A model generated the notes under the pieces. It searched no databases, had not been told where the DNA came from, and saw only the letters and a list, made by a program, of their open reading frames with translations. Shown here one piece after another: positions 23,830-36,205 of a DNA stretch of 64,000 nucleotides. A program made the translations under genes and the position numbers. The stretch comes from Takakia lepidozioides. Its lineage: Eukaryota > Plantae > Bryophyta. Where the stretch lies: positions 53,816,001 to 53,880,000 of the forward strand of contig CM060732.1 of the NCBI GenBank assembly GCA_030704615.1, in the 5' to 3' direction. The number at the start of each line of letters is the position of its first letter. Positions within the stretch are counted from its first letter, which is position 1.

Positions 23830-26800
23830 CCTTAGTGCCTGTGCTGAATTGCATCTGCTACTGTTACCTGTTTATGGATACTTTTTTATCGTCACTTTGG
23901 CAGTATCATATCAAAGTCACTCCAAACTATCTACCATCTACCCATGACCATCTACCCATGCAGGTTTCTTGTAGCTATCCTTCCACAGGGAATCATAGGT
24001 AATCTGGAGCTTGAAATCCGGCTTTCTTGGATGATCTGGACCCACACTCTATCCCTGCTCCTTCAGCTATCCATGCCTCTGCATAGATCATGCATATATC
24101 CTTGCATTGCTGTTAGCAGCTGACAATGACAGCCTACATTTGTTCCAGCAAACACCCAACTCAACTTACACACTAGTTCCTATTCTCAATTGCATCTGTT
24201 ACTCTCTGTAATCCAACAGGCATTTACCTTTTTGCCTCGGTTGTCCCACCATTGACTGGGGTCAGAAAAGTATTCATTCCACAGCTTCCCCTCATCTCCG
24301 TTAACTGTTTTTCGATACTTTCCTGTTGTCACATTGGCAATATCATGTCAAAGTCACTCCAAAACTAGATCCACTCAACCAGCTAACTTGCAGACATTGA
24401 AATTTAGGGCCGGTTCTGATAAGAGGGAAAAACAGGGTGAAATGTGTTGAAGAATGTGCCTTTATTAGCAGTGCTTGATTTTATCAATTGTGCCGCTACT
24501 CTTGCGGCTTCCAATTCACCATCTACCCATGCAGGTTTCTTATAGCTAAATCCACAGGTAATCAGAGGTAATCATGTGCTTGAAATCTGGCCCTCTTGGA
24601 TGAATCTGGACCCATACTCTATCCCTGCTCTTTCAGCTATCACTGCTTCTGCACAAATCATGCATACTTCCTTGCCTTGCCGCTGATAATGACAGCCTAC
24701 ATTTGTTCTAGGAAACACCCAACTCAGCTTATCACACTAGTTCCTATGCTGAATTGCGTCTGCCCTCTATAATCTAACAGGCATTAACCTTTTTCCCTCA
24801 GTTGTCCCACCATTCCACAACTTCTCCTCGTCTTTGTGACTTGTTTCTGGATACTTTCCTGTTGTCACATTGGCATCATGTCAAAGTTCAGATCGACATC
24901 TAGTACAATTCCACCACGAACCTCTTTGCTATTTTGCAGGGCTGCCAGGCTTGCACACATGTTGCAAATGTAACAAACGCGATGTGGTTGCGCTGCAGTA
25001 TCCCTTCCCACACCACTTGCTCATAGACCTCTCCAAAGGGCCTCCATCCCGTGCCGCTGTTGTGCATATCCTGGGATCATCATCCTCCATGCACCCCAAT
25101 TTGGCATACAAGTCCACAAGGGCATAGTTCAGAACAACATTTGTTTAATTCCAGCTTGGACGATCAACATCACAAACCCCGTCTTAATGAAGGCACCTTC
25201 TGAAACACATTCCACCCTATTTTCCCCTCTTATCAGAATCGGCCCTAAATTTTCATGTTCAATTCTGCAAGTTAGCTGGTTGAGTGAATCTAGTTGGAGT
25301 GACTTTGACATGATACTGCCAATGTGACAAGAGTATGCATTGAACCCATTGGTAGCGGGATATTGGGATATCTCTTGGCCATGTGCCATCCTCAAAGCTG
25401 AAACTGTACTAGTTGTCATTCTGACCACTGCCCTAGTGGACATGTATGCCAAATGTGGGTACAACAAGCCTGATGCAAAGGGAGAGTTCGACAACATGGC
25501 TAAATGAGATGTGGTGTTGTGGACTGCCATGATTGTAAGGTGTGTGTAGCATAGGTGTGGGAGTAAGGCTTTGGAAACCTAAGAACAAATGATGTGGGCC
25601 CCCTTCCCCCATCATTTGATCATAGGTCTCCAAAGCCTCCATACCATGTCCCTGATGTGCATACCCTGCAAGCATCGTGTTCCATGACACCACATTTGGT
25701 TCAGCCATAGTGTTGAAAACTCCCTTCGCATCCTTAATGCACCCACATTTAGCATAGACATCCACCAGGGGAGTATTCAGGATGACATCTGGTACAATTC
25801 CAGCTTTGACGATGTCACCATGGACTTCTTTTCTCTTTTCCAGAGGTCCTAGGCTTGCACACGCATTGCAAACATGCGGAAGCTTGATGTGGTTGGGCTT
25901 CACCCCTTTGCGCAACATTTGCTCATAGGTCGCCAAAGCATTCCTACCACACCCATGTTTGGTAAATCCTACCAACATTATATTCCACATGATCAAAGAT
26001 CGTTGAGGCATTCTGTAGAAATCTTGGCGAGCATCCATGATGCTCCCGCACTTAATATACATGTTGACAAGGGTGTTGAGTAGAAAAAACATTTGGCATG
26101 AATCCACTTTGGATAATGTGAGTGTGCACCTGATTCCAGCTTCCAGACCTAGAGCCTTTGTCAGTCTGTTTGCCTCACAAAGCATCTTCACATGCCCCGC
26201 GGAAAAGGCATTGTGGACTCCCTCTCTTGATCCTCTTTCAGAAGCTGCGGTCATGGTTAAGGATGTGCCTGATTTTATCAACTGTGCCGCTGCAGCTATT
26301 GCCTTTAGTTGACCATCTACCCATTTAGGTTTCTTGTAGCTATTGATCCACATGGAATCACAGGTAATCTGGAGCTTGAAGTCCGGCCCTCTTGGATGAA
26401 TCTGGACCCACACTCTATCCCTTCTCCTTTAGCTATCCATGCCTCTGCACAAATCATGCATTCATCTTTGCCCTTGCTGCTAGCAGCTGACAATGACAAC
26501 CTAGGAAACACCCAATCACATTAGTTCCTATGCTGAATTGCGTCTGCTACTCTCTGTCATCTATTAGGCATTCAACTTTTTGCCTCGGTTGTTCCACCAT
26601 TCACTGGGGTCAACAAAGTATTCATTCCACACCTTCACCTCATCTCTGTTATCTGTTTTGGATACTTTCTTGCTGCCGCATCGGCAGTTACTTGTCATAG
26701 TCATTTCAAACCACCACAGATCCTCCCAACGAGCTAACTTATAGAATTCAATATGCATCTCAGGGCCGAGTCTGATGAGAGGGCAAAACAGGCTGAAATA

Positions 26801-28700
26801 GGTCAAAGCGAAGGTGCCCTCACCACATTGTCCTTGACAATTCAATATGTAAATTCAGGGCCGAGTCTGATGAGAGGGAAAAACAAGATGAAATAGGTCG
26901 AAGAAGAAGGTGCCCTCACCACATTCTCCAAGGCCTCCATACCACGCCGCTGTTGTGCACACCCTGCAAGCATCGTGTTCCACATGATGAAAGATTGTTG
27001 AGGCATTCTGTTGAACACTTGGTGAGCATCCATGATGCTCCCGCACATAACATATGAATACGGTTCCGACCCCAGCCAATGGTGGAACAATCTAGGCAAA
27101 AAGGTGAATGCCTGTTGGAAGCAGATGCAAGTCAGCATAGGAACTAGTGTGATAAGTAGGGTTGGGGTGTTTGCTGGAACAATTCTAGAGTGTTATTGTC
27201 AGCTGCTAGCATCAAGGCAAGGATGTATGCATGATTTGTGCAGAGGCATGGATAGCTGAAGGAGCAGGGAGCAGTGTGGGTCCAGATTCATCCAAGAGGG
27301 CCGGATTTCAAGCTCCAGATTGCCTACAATTCCCTGTGGAAGTAGCACACACCTCGCACACACAAAAGGTCCTCTTGGGTGCATGGTCAGTGAAATCCTC
27401 CATGGGTCATGACACAAGGTCAAGGACAATGTGGTGAGGGCACCTTCTTCTTCGACCTATTTCAGCCTATTTTTCCCTCTCATCAGACCCAGCCCTGAAT
27501 TTACATATTGAATGCTGTAAGTTAGCTCGTTGGGTGGATGTGGGGTGGTTTGGAGTGACTTTGACAAGTTACTGCTGATGTGGCAGCAGGAAAGTACCCA
27601 AAAATAGATAACAAGATGAAGAGAAGCTTTGGGATGAACACTTTCCGACCCCAGTCAGTGGGGGGACAATGGAGACAAAAAGGTGAGTGCTTGTTCGACT
27701 ACAGAGAGAAGCAGTTCCAATTCAGAATTGGAACTATTGTTAAGTCCTAGGTTGGGGTGTTTTCTGGAAGAACTTCACGCCGTCACTGTCAGCTGCTAGC
27801 AGCAAGGCTGAGGGATGTATTCATGATCTGTACACGGGCAGGGATAGCTGAGGGACCAGGGATAGAGGTCCAGATTCATGTTCAGGTTCAGGCTGAGGGA
27901 TCAATAGCTTAAAGAAATCAGCTGGAGTAGATGGTCAATTGTTGCAAGTGGAAACAGTGGCGGCAGCGCAATTGATAGAATGAGGTGCTGCTAATGAAGG
28001 CACCTTCCTCAACACATTTCAGCCTATTTTTCCAAATAGGGTTGGGGTGTAAGAACAAATCTAGGCTGTCATCATCAGCTGTTAGCAGCAAGACAATGAT
28101 ATATGCATGATTTGTGCAGAGGCATAGATAGTTGAAGGAGCAGGGATAGAGTGTGGGTGCAGATTCACCCAAGAGGGCATGCATCTTATTCAACACATTT
28201 CACCTTGTTTTTCCCTCTAATCAGAATCGGCCCTAAATTTCCATGTTGGATTCTGCAAGTTAGCTGGTTGAATGAATCTAGTTTGGAGTGACTTTGACAT
28301 GATACTGCCAATGTGACAACAAGGAAATATCAAAAAACAAGTAACAGAGATGAGGAGAAGTTGTGGAATGAATACTATTCTGCCCCAGTCAATGATGGGA
28401 CAACCAAGGCAAAAAGGTGAATGTCTGTTACATTTCATAGACTAGCAGACGTAGTCAGCATATGAAGTAGTGTGAGAAGTTGAGTTGGATGTTTCCTAGA
28501 ATAAATCTAGGCTGTCATTGTCAGCTACTAGCAGCGAGGCAAGGATGAATGCATGATTTGTGCAGAGGCATGTGTAGCTGAAGGAGCAAAGAGAGTGTGG
28601 GTCCACATTCATCCAAGAGGGTCAGATTTCAAGCACAAGATTACCTATGATTCCCTGTGGATCAATAGCTACAAGAAACCTGCATGGGTAGATGATCTAT
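23830..28700. pseudogene. Mosaic of PDF-motif and PPR gene fragments in both orientations
   Basis: Repeated two-exon module W.EYF.DPS.WWDNRGKK|GTGAATG..intron..CAG|IHPRGPDFK..ITYDSLW. Minus copies at ~23940-24450, 24520-24880 and 26300-26830; plus copies at ~27050-27700 and 28190-28695. PPR pieces are interspersed. Confidence 0.8.
25433..26413 (-). pseudogene. PDF motif fused in frame to PLS-class PPR repeats
   Basis: A single ORF reads IHPRGPDFK..DSMW..KPKWV, a linker, then NTLVNMYIKCGSIMDAR..MPQR..WNIML, NACASLG.LE..KEVH, VDVYAKCG.IKDA..VF..M.EPNVVSWNTML. Internal deletions are present. Confidence 0.8.
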
Positions 28701-28859
28701 TCCGTGGGATTCAATTTGTCACTGAGCCTTGCATTATGAGGATCACAATTGCTTGGCAGCTTACCTGCATGAGGCCTTGACCCCTAGGCAATCCCCAGAG
28801 CAGTAGTAGCTTTGGGCTGCGTTTTTACTTTGGTTTTTTCATTTTGTATCATAAGCTCT

Positions 28860-29300
28860 CACTACAACAGATTGCGGCTTTTACGACTCCCATGGGTGCG
28901 CAGTCATGACAGATTTGTGGCAGAAATGCCATTTGCAGTCGTAAAATGCTTTTGAAGTCATAATGCAGGTCTGGGGAAGGCGTATATGCGACTGCATGGC
29001 TCCGGACTCTGCGGAACACAGGTCAAACATGTTTGACCACGAATATTGGCATGGCAGATATGACTACCAGTCACGGTCATGGCTACACTAGAATGACGTG
29101 TGTATATTGCTAGAAAGACATATGACTTCATGACTCTCACTCTAATGCATTCTGCCAGATCATCACATGGATGAATCACTACATGACTGCACATGTCAAC
29201 ACATGCTTTTCTGGTTATATATATAATATATGAGTATTTATATTTTGAAAAAACGGAGACTCTGACCACTAGAATCAATTTTATTAAAAAAAAATGCAAT
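28860..29300 (+). mobile_element. CACTA left terminus, same family as 23266
   Basis: CACTACAACAGATTGCGGCTTTTACG at 28860 (25/26 identical to 23266) and ATGACT subterminal motifs. Confidence 0.75.
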
Positions 29301-29316
29301 TTAAAAAAAAAAAAAA

Positions 29317-29524
29317 CACATCGGCTGGTAAGTGCACAGTGTGTCGCCCTGGTGGTTTGGGGTTCAAACCCGCTGCCTTATCCCGTGTGTGGGATTGTTC
29401 GTGACAGTATGTCTGGGCGTTGATCGTCCTGTACGTCTTATGGCCCATAAATGAAGGCGGGTGAATTTTCCCCCCTCCTCAAGGACCTGTGGTTTCCTTT
29501 AAGAAAAGAAAAAAAAGAAAAAAA
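29317..29524 (+). mobile_element. tRNA-derived SINE, copy 2
   Basis: CACATCGGCTGGTA start, B-box GGTTCAAACC, shared body GGATTGTTCGTGAC and TTTTCCCCCCTCCTCAAGG, A-rich tail. Inserted in a poly(A) tract. Confidence 0.7.
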
Positions 29525-29589
29525 TCAAAGAGGGGCTTTTAGGGTTTACAAAAAGGTTAAAAAACTTAAAAAGTTGCCCATCACGGTAG

Positions 29590-31300
29590 CGTGAACAGAC
29601 TTAGAGCGAGCGGGAGGGAGAGAGAGAGAGGGTTGGGACTTAGAGCGAGCGAGCGGGAGAGGGGGCAAACATGCATGGGAGGCCCGCAGTTGGATCAACC
29701 TTCGCATTTGGAGCAAGCAACCCTAGAAACGCTACGGTATGTGTGCGAGGAGGTTTTGGCTGGGAGCCCGCCGTTCTTGGGAGAGTCAGCTTCGGCTTAG
29801 CAGGCCGTGTTTCAATCTCTACCCGCTCGGCCCTGATTTTACAGCATGGAGCAGAGCTGGCGTGAGTTTCTAAAAGATCCTTCACGATGGTGGGACAACC
29901 GCAATCGCAAGGTGTAGCTTTTTCTTAATGTACGATGTGAAGAAGTTTGTCCATCCTGCAAATGTGGGTTGTTGGCTCCTGTTAGTACCATGATTTGGTA
30001 TTCTTCATGATGTTTACAAGGTTCTTGGGAGAGTTAGCTTGGTCTTAGCAGGCCGTGTTTCAATCTCTGCCCACTCAGCTGCACCGTGGTGGTTCTCACT
30101 GACCAATCCGACATTACCTGACTACAGAAACAAGCAGCACACTGAAGAGGTCCTCTTGGGTTCATGGTCAGTCAAATCCTCCATGGGCCATGATACAAGG
30201 TCGAGGACAATGTGGTCCAGATTATCTATGATTCCCTGTGGAAGGATAGATACAAGAAACCTGCATGGGTAGATGGTCAATTGGAAGCCGCAGCAGCAGC
30301 AGCACAATTGATACAATCAAGCCATATTATCAAAACAACCATGTATCCTTGTAGTTGCACCCTGCAACCTTGGCATACATGTCCACTACGGCAACGTTCA
30401 GAATCACATCAAATACAATACCAGCTTTGACAATATCACCGTGGACCTCTGTACCTTTTTTCAGGGCTGCCAGGCATGCATTTGACATACATATCCACCA
30501 AGGCAGTGTTTAGAGTGACATCTAGTGGTACAATTCCAGATTTGATAATGGACCTTTGCGTCCTTTCCAGGGCTACCAGGCTCGCATTTGACATACATGT
30601 ACACCAGGGGAATGTTCAGAATGACATCAGGTATAATTCCAGCTTTGATGATGTCACCATGAACCTCTTGCACCTTCTTCAATAGCACAACGGCTACAAG
30701 TGGGTAGATGGTCAACTGGAAATAGCAATGGCAGCAGCACAATTGATCGAACAAGACCACTGCTAATGAAGGTACCTTCTTCAACATATTTCACCCTGTT
30801 TTCCCCTGCTATCATAGTCGTCCCTAAATTTTCATGTTGAATTCTACAAGTTGGCTCGTTGGTGGATCTATGGTGGTGTTGGAGTGATTTTGACATGTTA
30901 CTGCCAATGTGGTCGACATGAAAGTATCGAAAAACAAATACTAGAGATGTGGAGAAGCTCTATGTTGACAAGGGTGTTGAGTAGAAAAATATTTGGCGTG
31001 CACTTTGGATAATGTGAGTGTGCACCTGCTTTCTAGCTTCACTTGGCCTTTCATCTTGATGCACTTATGCAAGAGAGAGACATATGTATCTGAATCTGCT
31101 GAAATGCCTCCTTGGTTTAAAGTCAGTAGAGCCTCTTTCAGTCTGCCTGCCTCACAAAGCATCTTCACATGCCCATAAGTGCCAGAAGAGGCATTGTGGA
31201 CTCCCTCTCTTGATCCTCTTCCAGAAGTTGTGGTCATGGTTGAGGTGCCTGACTTTATCAACTGTGCCGTTGCAGCTGCTGCCTTTGGCGATGCAACCAT
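29590..31300. pseudogene. 5' end and further fragments of the PDF/PPR gene
   Basis: GA-rich leader, ATG at 29671 (MHGRPAVGSTFAFG..), exon MEQSWREFLKDPSRWWDNRNRK|GT at ~29846-29911, further PDF pieces, and the minus-strand PPR N-terminus LCEAGRLKEAL..DSDTYVSLLHKC. Confidence 0.7.
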
Positions 31301-31329
31301 GCACCTCTTTCATCTGATAATTTGACAGG

Positions 31330-33074
31330 CATTCACCTTGGTACAATTCCAGCTCTGAAGATGTCGCCATGTGGACCTCTTTCCCCTTTTCCAAAGCTGC
31401 TAGGCCAGTGTTCAGATTGACATTTGGTACAATTCCAGCTTTGATGATATCCCCATGCACCTCTTGCCCTTCTCCAGGGCGGCTGCTAGGCTTGCACAAG
31501 CATTGCAAATGCACACAAACATGATGTGCTTGCATTGCTCATAGGTCTCCAAGCCTCCATCCCACGTCCCTGCCGTGCATACCATGCAAGCATCGCACTC
31601 CACAACACCACATGTCGTTCAGCCATAATGTCGAACACTCCCTTTGCATCCTAGATGCACCCACATTTTGCAAACATGTTCACCAGGGTTTTGTTCAGAA
31701 TGACATCTGATACAATTCCAACTCTGAAGATGTCGCCATGGACCTCTTTCCCCTTTTGCAAAGCTGCCAGGGCAGTGTTCAGATTGACATTCGGCACAAT
31801 TCCAGCTTTGATGATATCCCCATGCACCTCTTGCCCTTCTCCAGGCCGGCTATCAGGCTTGTACAAGCATTACAAATGCACACAAACATGATGTGCTTCC
31901 CCCATCATTTGCTCATAGCTCTCCAAAGCCTCTATCCCACTTTCCTACCGTGCATACCCTGCCCCTTTTCCAAAGCTACTAGGGCAGTGTTCAGATTGAC
32001 ATTTGGCACAATTCCAGCTTTGATGATATCCCCATGCATCTCTTGCCCTTCTCCAGGGCTGCCAGGCTTGCACAAGCATTGCAAATGCACACAAACATGA
32101 TGTGCTTCCCCCATCCTTTGCTCATAGGTCTCCAAAGCCTCCATCCCACGTCCCTGCCGTGCATACCTTGCAAGCATCGCACTCCATGACACCACATGTC
32201 GTTCAGCCATAGTGTCGAACACTCCCTTTGCATCCTACATCCCTTTGCACCCACATTTTGCAAACATGTCCACCAGGGATGGTTCAAAATGACATTTGGT
32301 ACAATTCCAGCTCTGAAGATGTCGCCATGGACCTCTTTCCCCTTTCCAGAGCTGCCAGGGCAGTGTTCAAAATGACATTTGGTACAATTCCAGCTTTGAT
32401 GATACCCCATGCGCCGCTTTGCCCTCGTCCAGGGCTCAATGCACCCACATTTTGCATACATGTCCACCAGGGTATGGTTCAGACTGACACTTGGTACAAT
32501 TCCAGCTCTGAAGATGTCGCCATGGACCTCATTCCCCTTTTCCAGAGTTGCCAGGGCAGTGTTCAGAATGACATTTGGTACAATTCCAGCTTTGATGATA
32601 CCCCATGCACCTTTTTCCCCTCGTCCAGGCTCGATGCACCCACATTTCGCATACATGTCCACTAGGGTATGGTTCAGACTGACATTTGGTACAATTCCAG
32701 CTCTGACGATGTCGCCATGGACCTCTTTCCCGTTTTCTAGAGCTGCCAGGGCAGTGTTCAGAATGACATTTGGTACAATTCCAGCTTTGATGATACCCCA
32801 TGCACCTCTTTCCCCTCGTCCAGGCTCGATGCACCCACATTTCGCATACATGTCCACTCGGATATGGTTCAGACTGACATTTGGTACAATTCCAGCTCTG
32901 AAGATGTCGCCATGGACCTCTTTCCCGTTTTCCAGAGCTGCCAGGGCAGTGTTCAGAATGACATTTGGTACAATTCCAGCTTTGATGATATCCCCATGCA
33001 CCTCTTTGCCCTTGTCCAGGGCTGCCAGGCTTGCACAAGCATTGCAAATGCACACAAAGTGGCTGGGCTTCACC
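31330..33074 (-). repeat. Tandemly amplified PPR fragments (195-bp unit in 32340-33000)
   Basis: 65-aa unit ALENGKEVHGDIFRAGIVPNVSLNHTLVDMYAKCGCIEPGRGERGAWGIIKAGIVPNVILNTALA at ~32348/32543/32738/32932. Flanked by VVSWSAMLARYA P-type motifs. Confidence 0.85.
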
Positions 33075-33278
33075 TAGGGAATTCCAAAAAGGCCTTGATG
33101 TGAAATGCATCGCAATTCACTTGATCACCCCCTAAAAGTGTGCAATTCAATCGAACTAACCCTAATTTGCAATTCAATTGAATTGTCGGCACACGATTCA
33201 ATTGAATTGCGAATTGGCAATTGAATTGAATTGCTGACTACAATTCAATTGAATTGTAATCTATAATTTTTAACTTAT

Positions 33279-33309
<31 letters not shown>

Positions 33310-34180
33310 CATACACAGGTATAAGCTAAAAATACATGTTGCCCGTCTATTCTTGCTGTCCGTCTGTCAATCCTTTGACCGTGGTAAGGCTTGAGCCCAA
33401 GATAAGCCTAAGGGAGAGCGAGAGAGGGAGAGAGAGAGAGAGGAAGTCACGAAGCGCTTGTAAAAGCGGGATTGTCTCTCTTTGTGGATGTTGGTGCCAA
33501 TATATGGCTATGTACATATACCAAACATGATACCAATGTAAGAGTATCAACGTGTAAGAGTTTGATATATTAAACTTATATGGAACACACATCCCAACTT
33601 CAACATGATACCTTTGTAAGGGTATCAATTTTTTTGATAATTCTCAAGATGAACATATTTTTTGTTTTCTGTGTCCTGGGCCATATTCTAGTGTTAGGGG
33701 ACTATATGGTGATGCAGGGGAAGCCTTTCATCAATTGTCAGGTTTGATTTTGTCTGTTTTTTCCGGAGCCAGCCATGTTTCTGCTAGTGAATCACAGGAA
33801 GCTGCTGATCTGTCTCTGTCTCTGGCTCTCCCTTTCTCGCTGAGGCTGAGGGTGGCTTCGCAACTCCACAATTTCCTCAAGGGCACAAGAAAGAGGGCCA
33901 GCAAGAATAGACGGGCAACATGTATTTTTAGCTTATACTCTTATATATGTATAAATATAATTTGAATATATACATGTACATATGTACTATATACAAAAAT
34001 AAGTTAAAAATTATAGATTACAATTCAATTGAATTGTAGTCAGCAATTCAATTGAATTGCCAACTAGCGATTCAATTGAATTGCGAATTGGCAATTCAAT
34101 TGAATTGCCAGTTGACAATTCAATTGAATCGTGTGCCGACAATTCAATTGAATTGCAAATTAGGGTTAGTTCAATTGAAC
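33075..34180. mobile_element. Non-autonomous foldback element with long TIRs, inserted in PPR sequence
   Basis: 33146-33358 is the inverted copy of 33900-34180. Both arms are built from CAATTCAATTGAATTG palindromes and a (TA)n tract. The right arm is shorter at its outer end, and PPR sequence resumes at 34181. Confidence 0.8.
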
Positions 34181-34733
34181 CACATCTCGTTGAGCCACAG
34201 TCGAACACTACCTTCGCATCTTTAATGCTCCCACATTCAGCATACATGTCCACCAGGGCGGTGTTCAGAATGACAAACCCTACAAGCTGGACCATGGACC
34301 TTCCATGTCACTTCCAGGTGGAGGCAATACATATTAAAATATCTATTCCACCAAGGCCACATTTTCTTTACCTATTTTTATGAAATACACGTCAACAAAT
34401 GTGGCCCTGAATCACGGGTGCAATCAATGCGCAGTGGTTCATGGAGTCGTTGAGTCGACTACATATTCACTTTAATGAATAAATATCCTTATTCCATTAA
34501 TCAAATTATGAATGAAAATTTCTAGTCGCATGTGCAGTAATTAGAACCACTTGTAATTTCCGTTTTTTTAAATTTTATGTATTTACGTAATTAATTAAAT
34601 AGCCCGGATTTTTGCTACGACTCCGGAGTCGTTGACCCCACTTCTGTCTGCCGTCTGAAATGCCCCCGTGGGCCCACATTGTCCGTTTCGACTCTCCAGT
34701 AGTCCCGCTTACTGCCAAGTGGTTGACGGACAC

Positions 34734-35130
34734 CTAGTCGATTCGGAAAAGACACGAATGCTTCCTCGAATTCTGAAATCCTGGATCTCTAGCAATTCTG
34801 GTGAAGAGTCGATATGGACCTTTTTGGATTCCTGGAGCAGAGTCATCATCATTCGCAGAATCAATGTTGGAGCTATAAAAGTGCTCAAGAGCCTCAGAGA
34901 GCATAATCCCTGTCTCTACCAACTTTGTCTGATTCAGATGCCACTTTACAAGTGACATGAGCATTCCGGAATCCCCTCCTATAACTCGTGTGATGATAAC
35001 ACCAACATGGTCCTCTCCCAATTTGTCACAGAGAATGACTTCGTCAAGAAAAGACACTTGAATTCTCCTTTCATAGAGATGATCAGATTCTCTATCCAAA
35101 AAACAACACATCATATTCCTCCACTTGTCT
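34734..35130 (-). pseudogene. DUF8039/TNP1-like domain fragment
   Basis: WRNMMCCFLDRESDHLYERRIQVSFLDEVILCDKLGEDHVGVIITRV..W has a beta-rich pattern resembling 2419-2706 and 38286-38492. Confidence 0.35.
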
Positions 35131-36205
35131 CTTCCCAAAATATGATCATTTGGAAATGAATCATGAGTAGAACTATCTTGTTTCCCATGATGACCCATGA
35201 TGACCCATGGCCTCTTCAAGCTTCTCCATGTCTGTCTAGGGATTGCTAAACCGTGAGCAGAATTCTGCTCACGCTTCTGCATGTGGTCACCTATAACCGC
35301 GGACACCTATTCGGCCTAGAAGACCTACTACTGCGGGTTGTGTCTAGTATATCATGCATACGTCATTCATCGTTATGGATGAATGATGTATGAACGATGG
35401 ATGAATGGGGGATGAATGTATGTTCGACGAATGGCACATGGATGAATGTAGTTTGTGGATGAATGCAAAACTAAGATGCATTTTTGAGTAGTGGTTGCTA
35501 AATCCACCTAGCTCTAGAGTGAACCTCTGCCCACTAGTGAGGGTTGTGATTGTCGTTTCATCAGGTATCAGAAGTCGACATAGTTGCTGACACACAATTG
35601 CAAAGAAGGTGGAGAGGCCATTTGGTGCTTCAAATTAAATAGTTTAAAAACTGTAGATTCATTCCGACGAAGAATATTCTATGCTACTGAAGTCGGCGTC
35701 CGAAATGAAGGCAGAACTGTCTATGAAGACACTAGCCCTGCTTTGCACAAAACCCTCTCTGTTTAAAAGCACAGCAGGGGGAGAAGAGATGAGACTAAAT
35801 TCTGAAACTGCAGCCTCCGCATAACATGGCAATTTAAAATCTGCTTTCGGACTTGGGAAAAATTGCGGGTTTGCAAAGAAAGAGAGGAACCGTGGCGACC
35901 TTGGGCTCCTGTACACACACACAAACAATGTAAGTCCACTCTGCTGGCCCAACTTGTGCATGAAAGATGGGAATGATGTGCCGTCGTGTCAGTGAAGTAC
36001 CACAACTGAACTAGCACTTACTCACATGAGAAATCAGAATCAACATCCAGAGCATTGGGCTTTTGCAGATCCTGCTCCATAATAATGTTCTCGGTCTGGG
36101 TCGAATGCGATAAACCCCCAGACAGAGGTGCGATGACTTGAGAGTAGAGCTGCTCATCCCACTCCATCCCAAAAGATCCCAAAATGGTTGCAATTCACTC
36201 TCAGG

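Noticed and set aside
32409-33077. Plus-strand 222-aa repeat protein as a real gene
   Set aside because: It is the antisense shadow of the amplified PPR unit, with no independent evidence.
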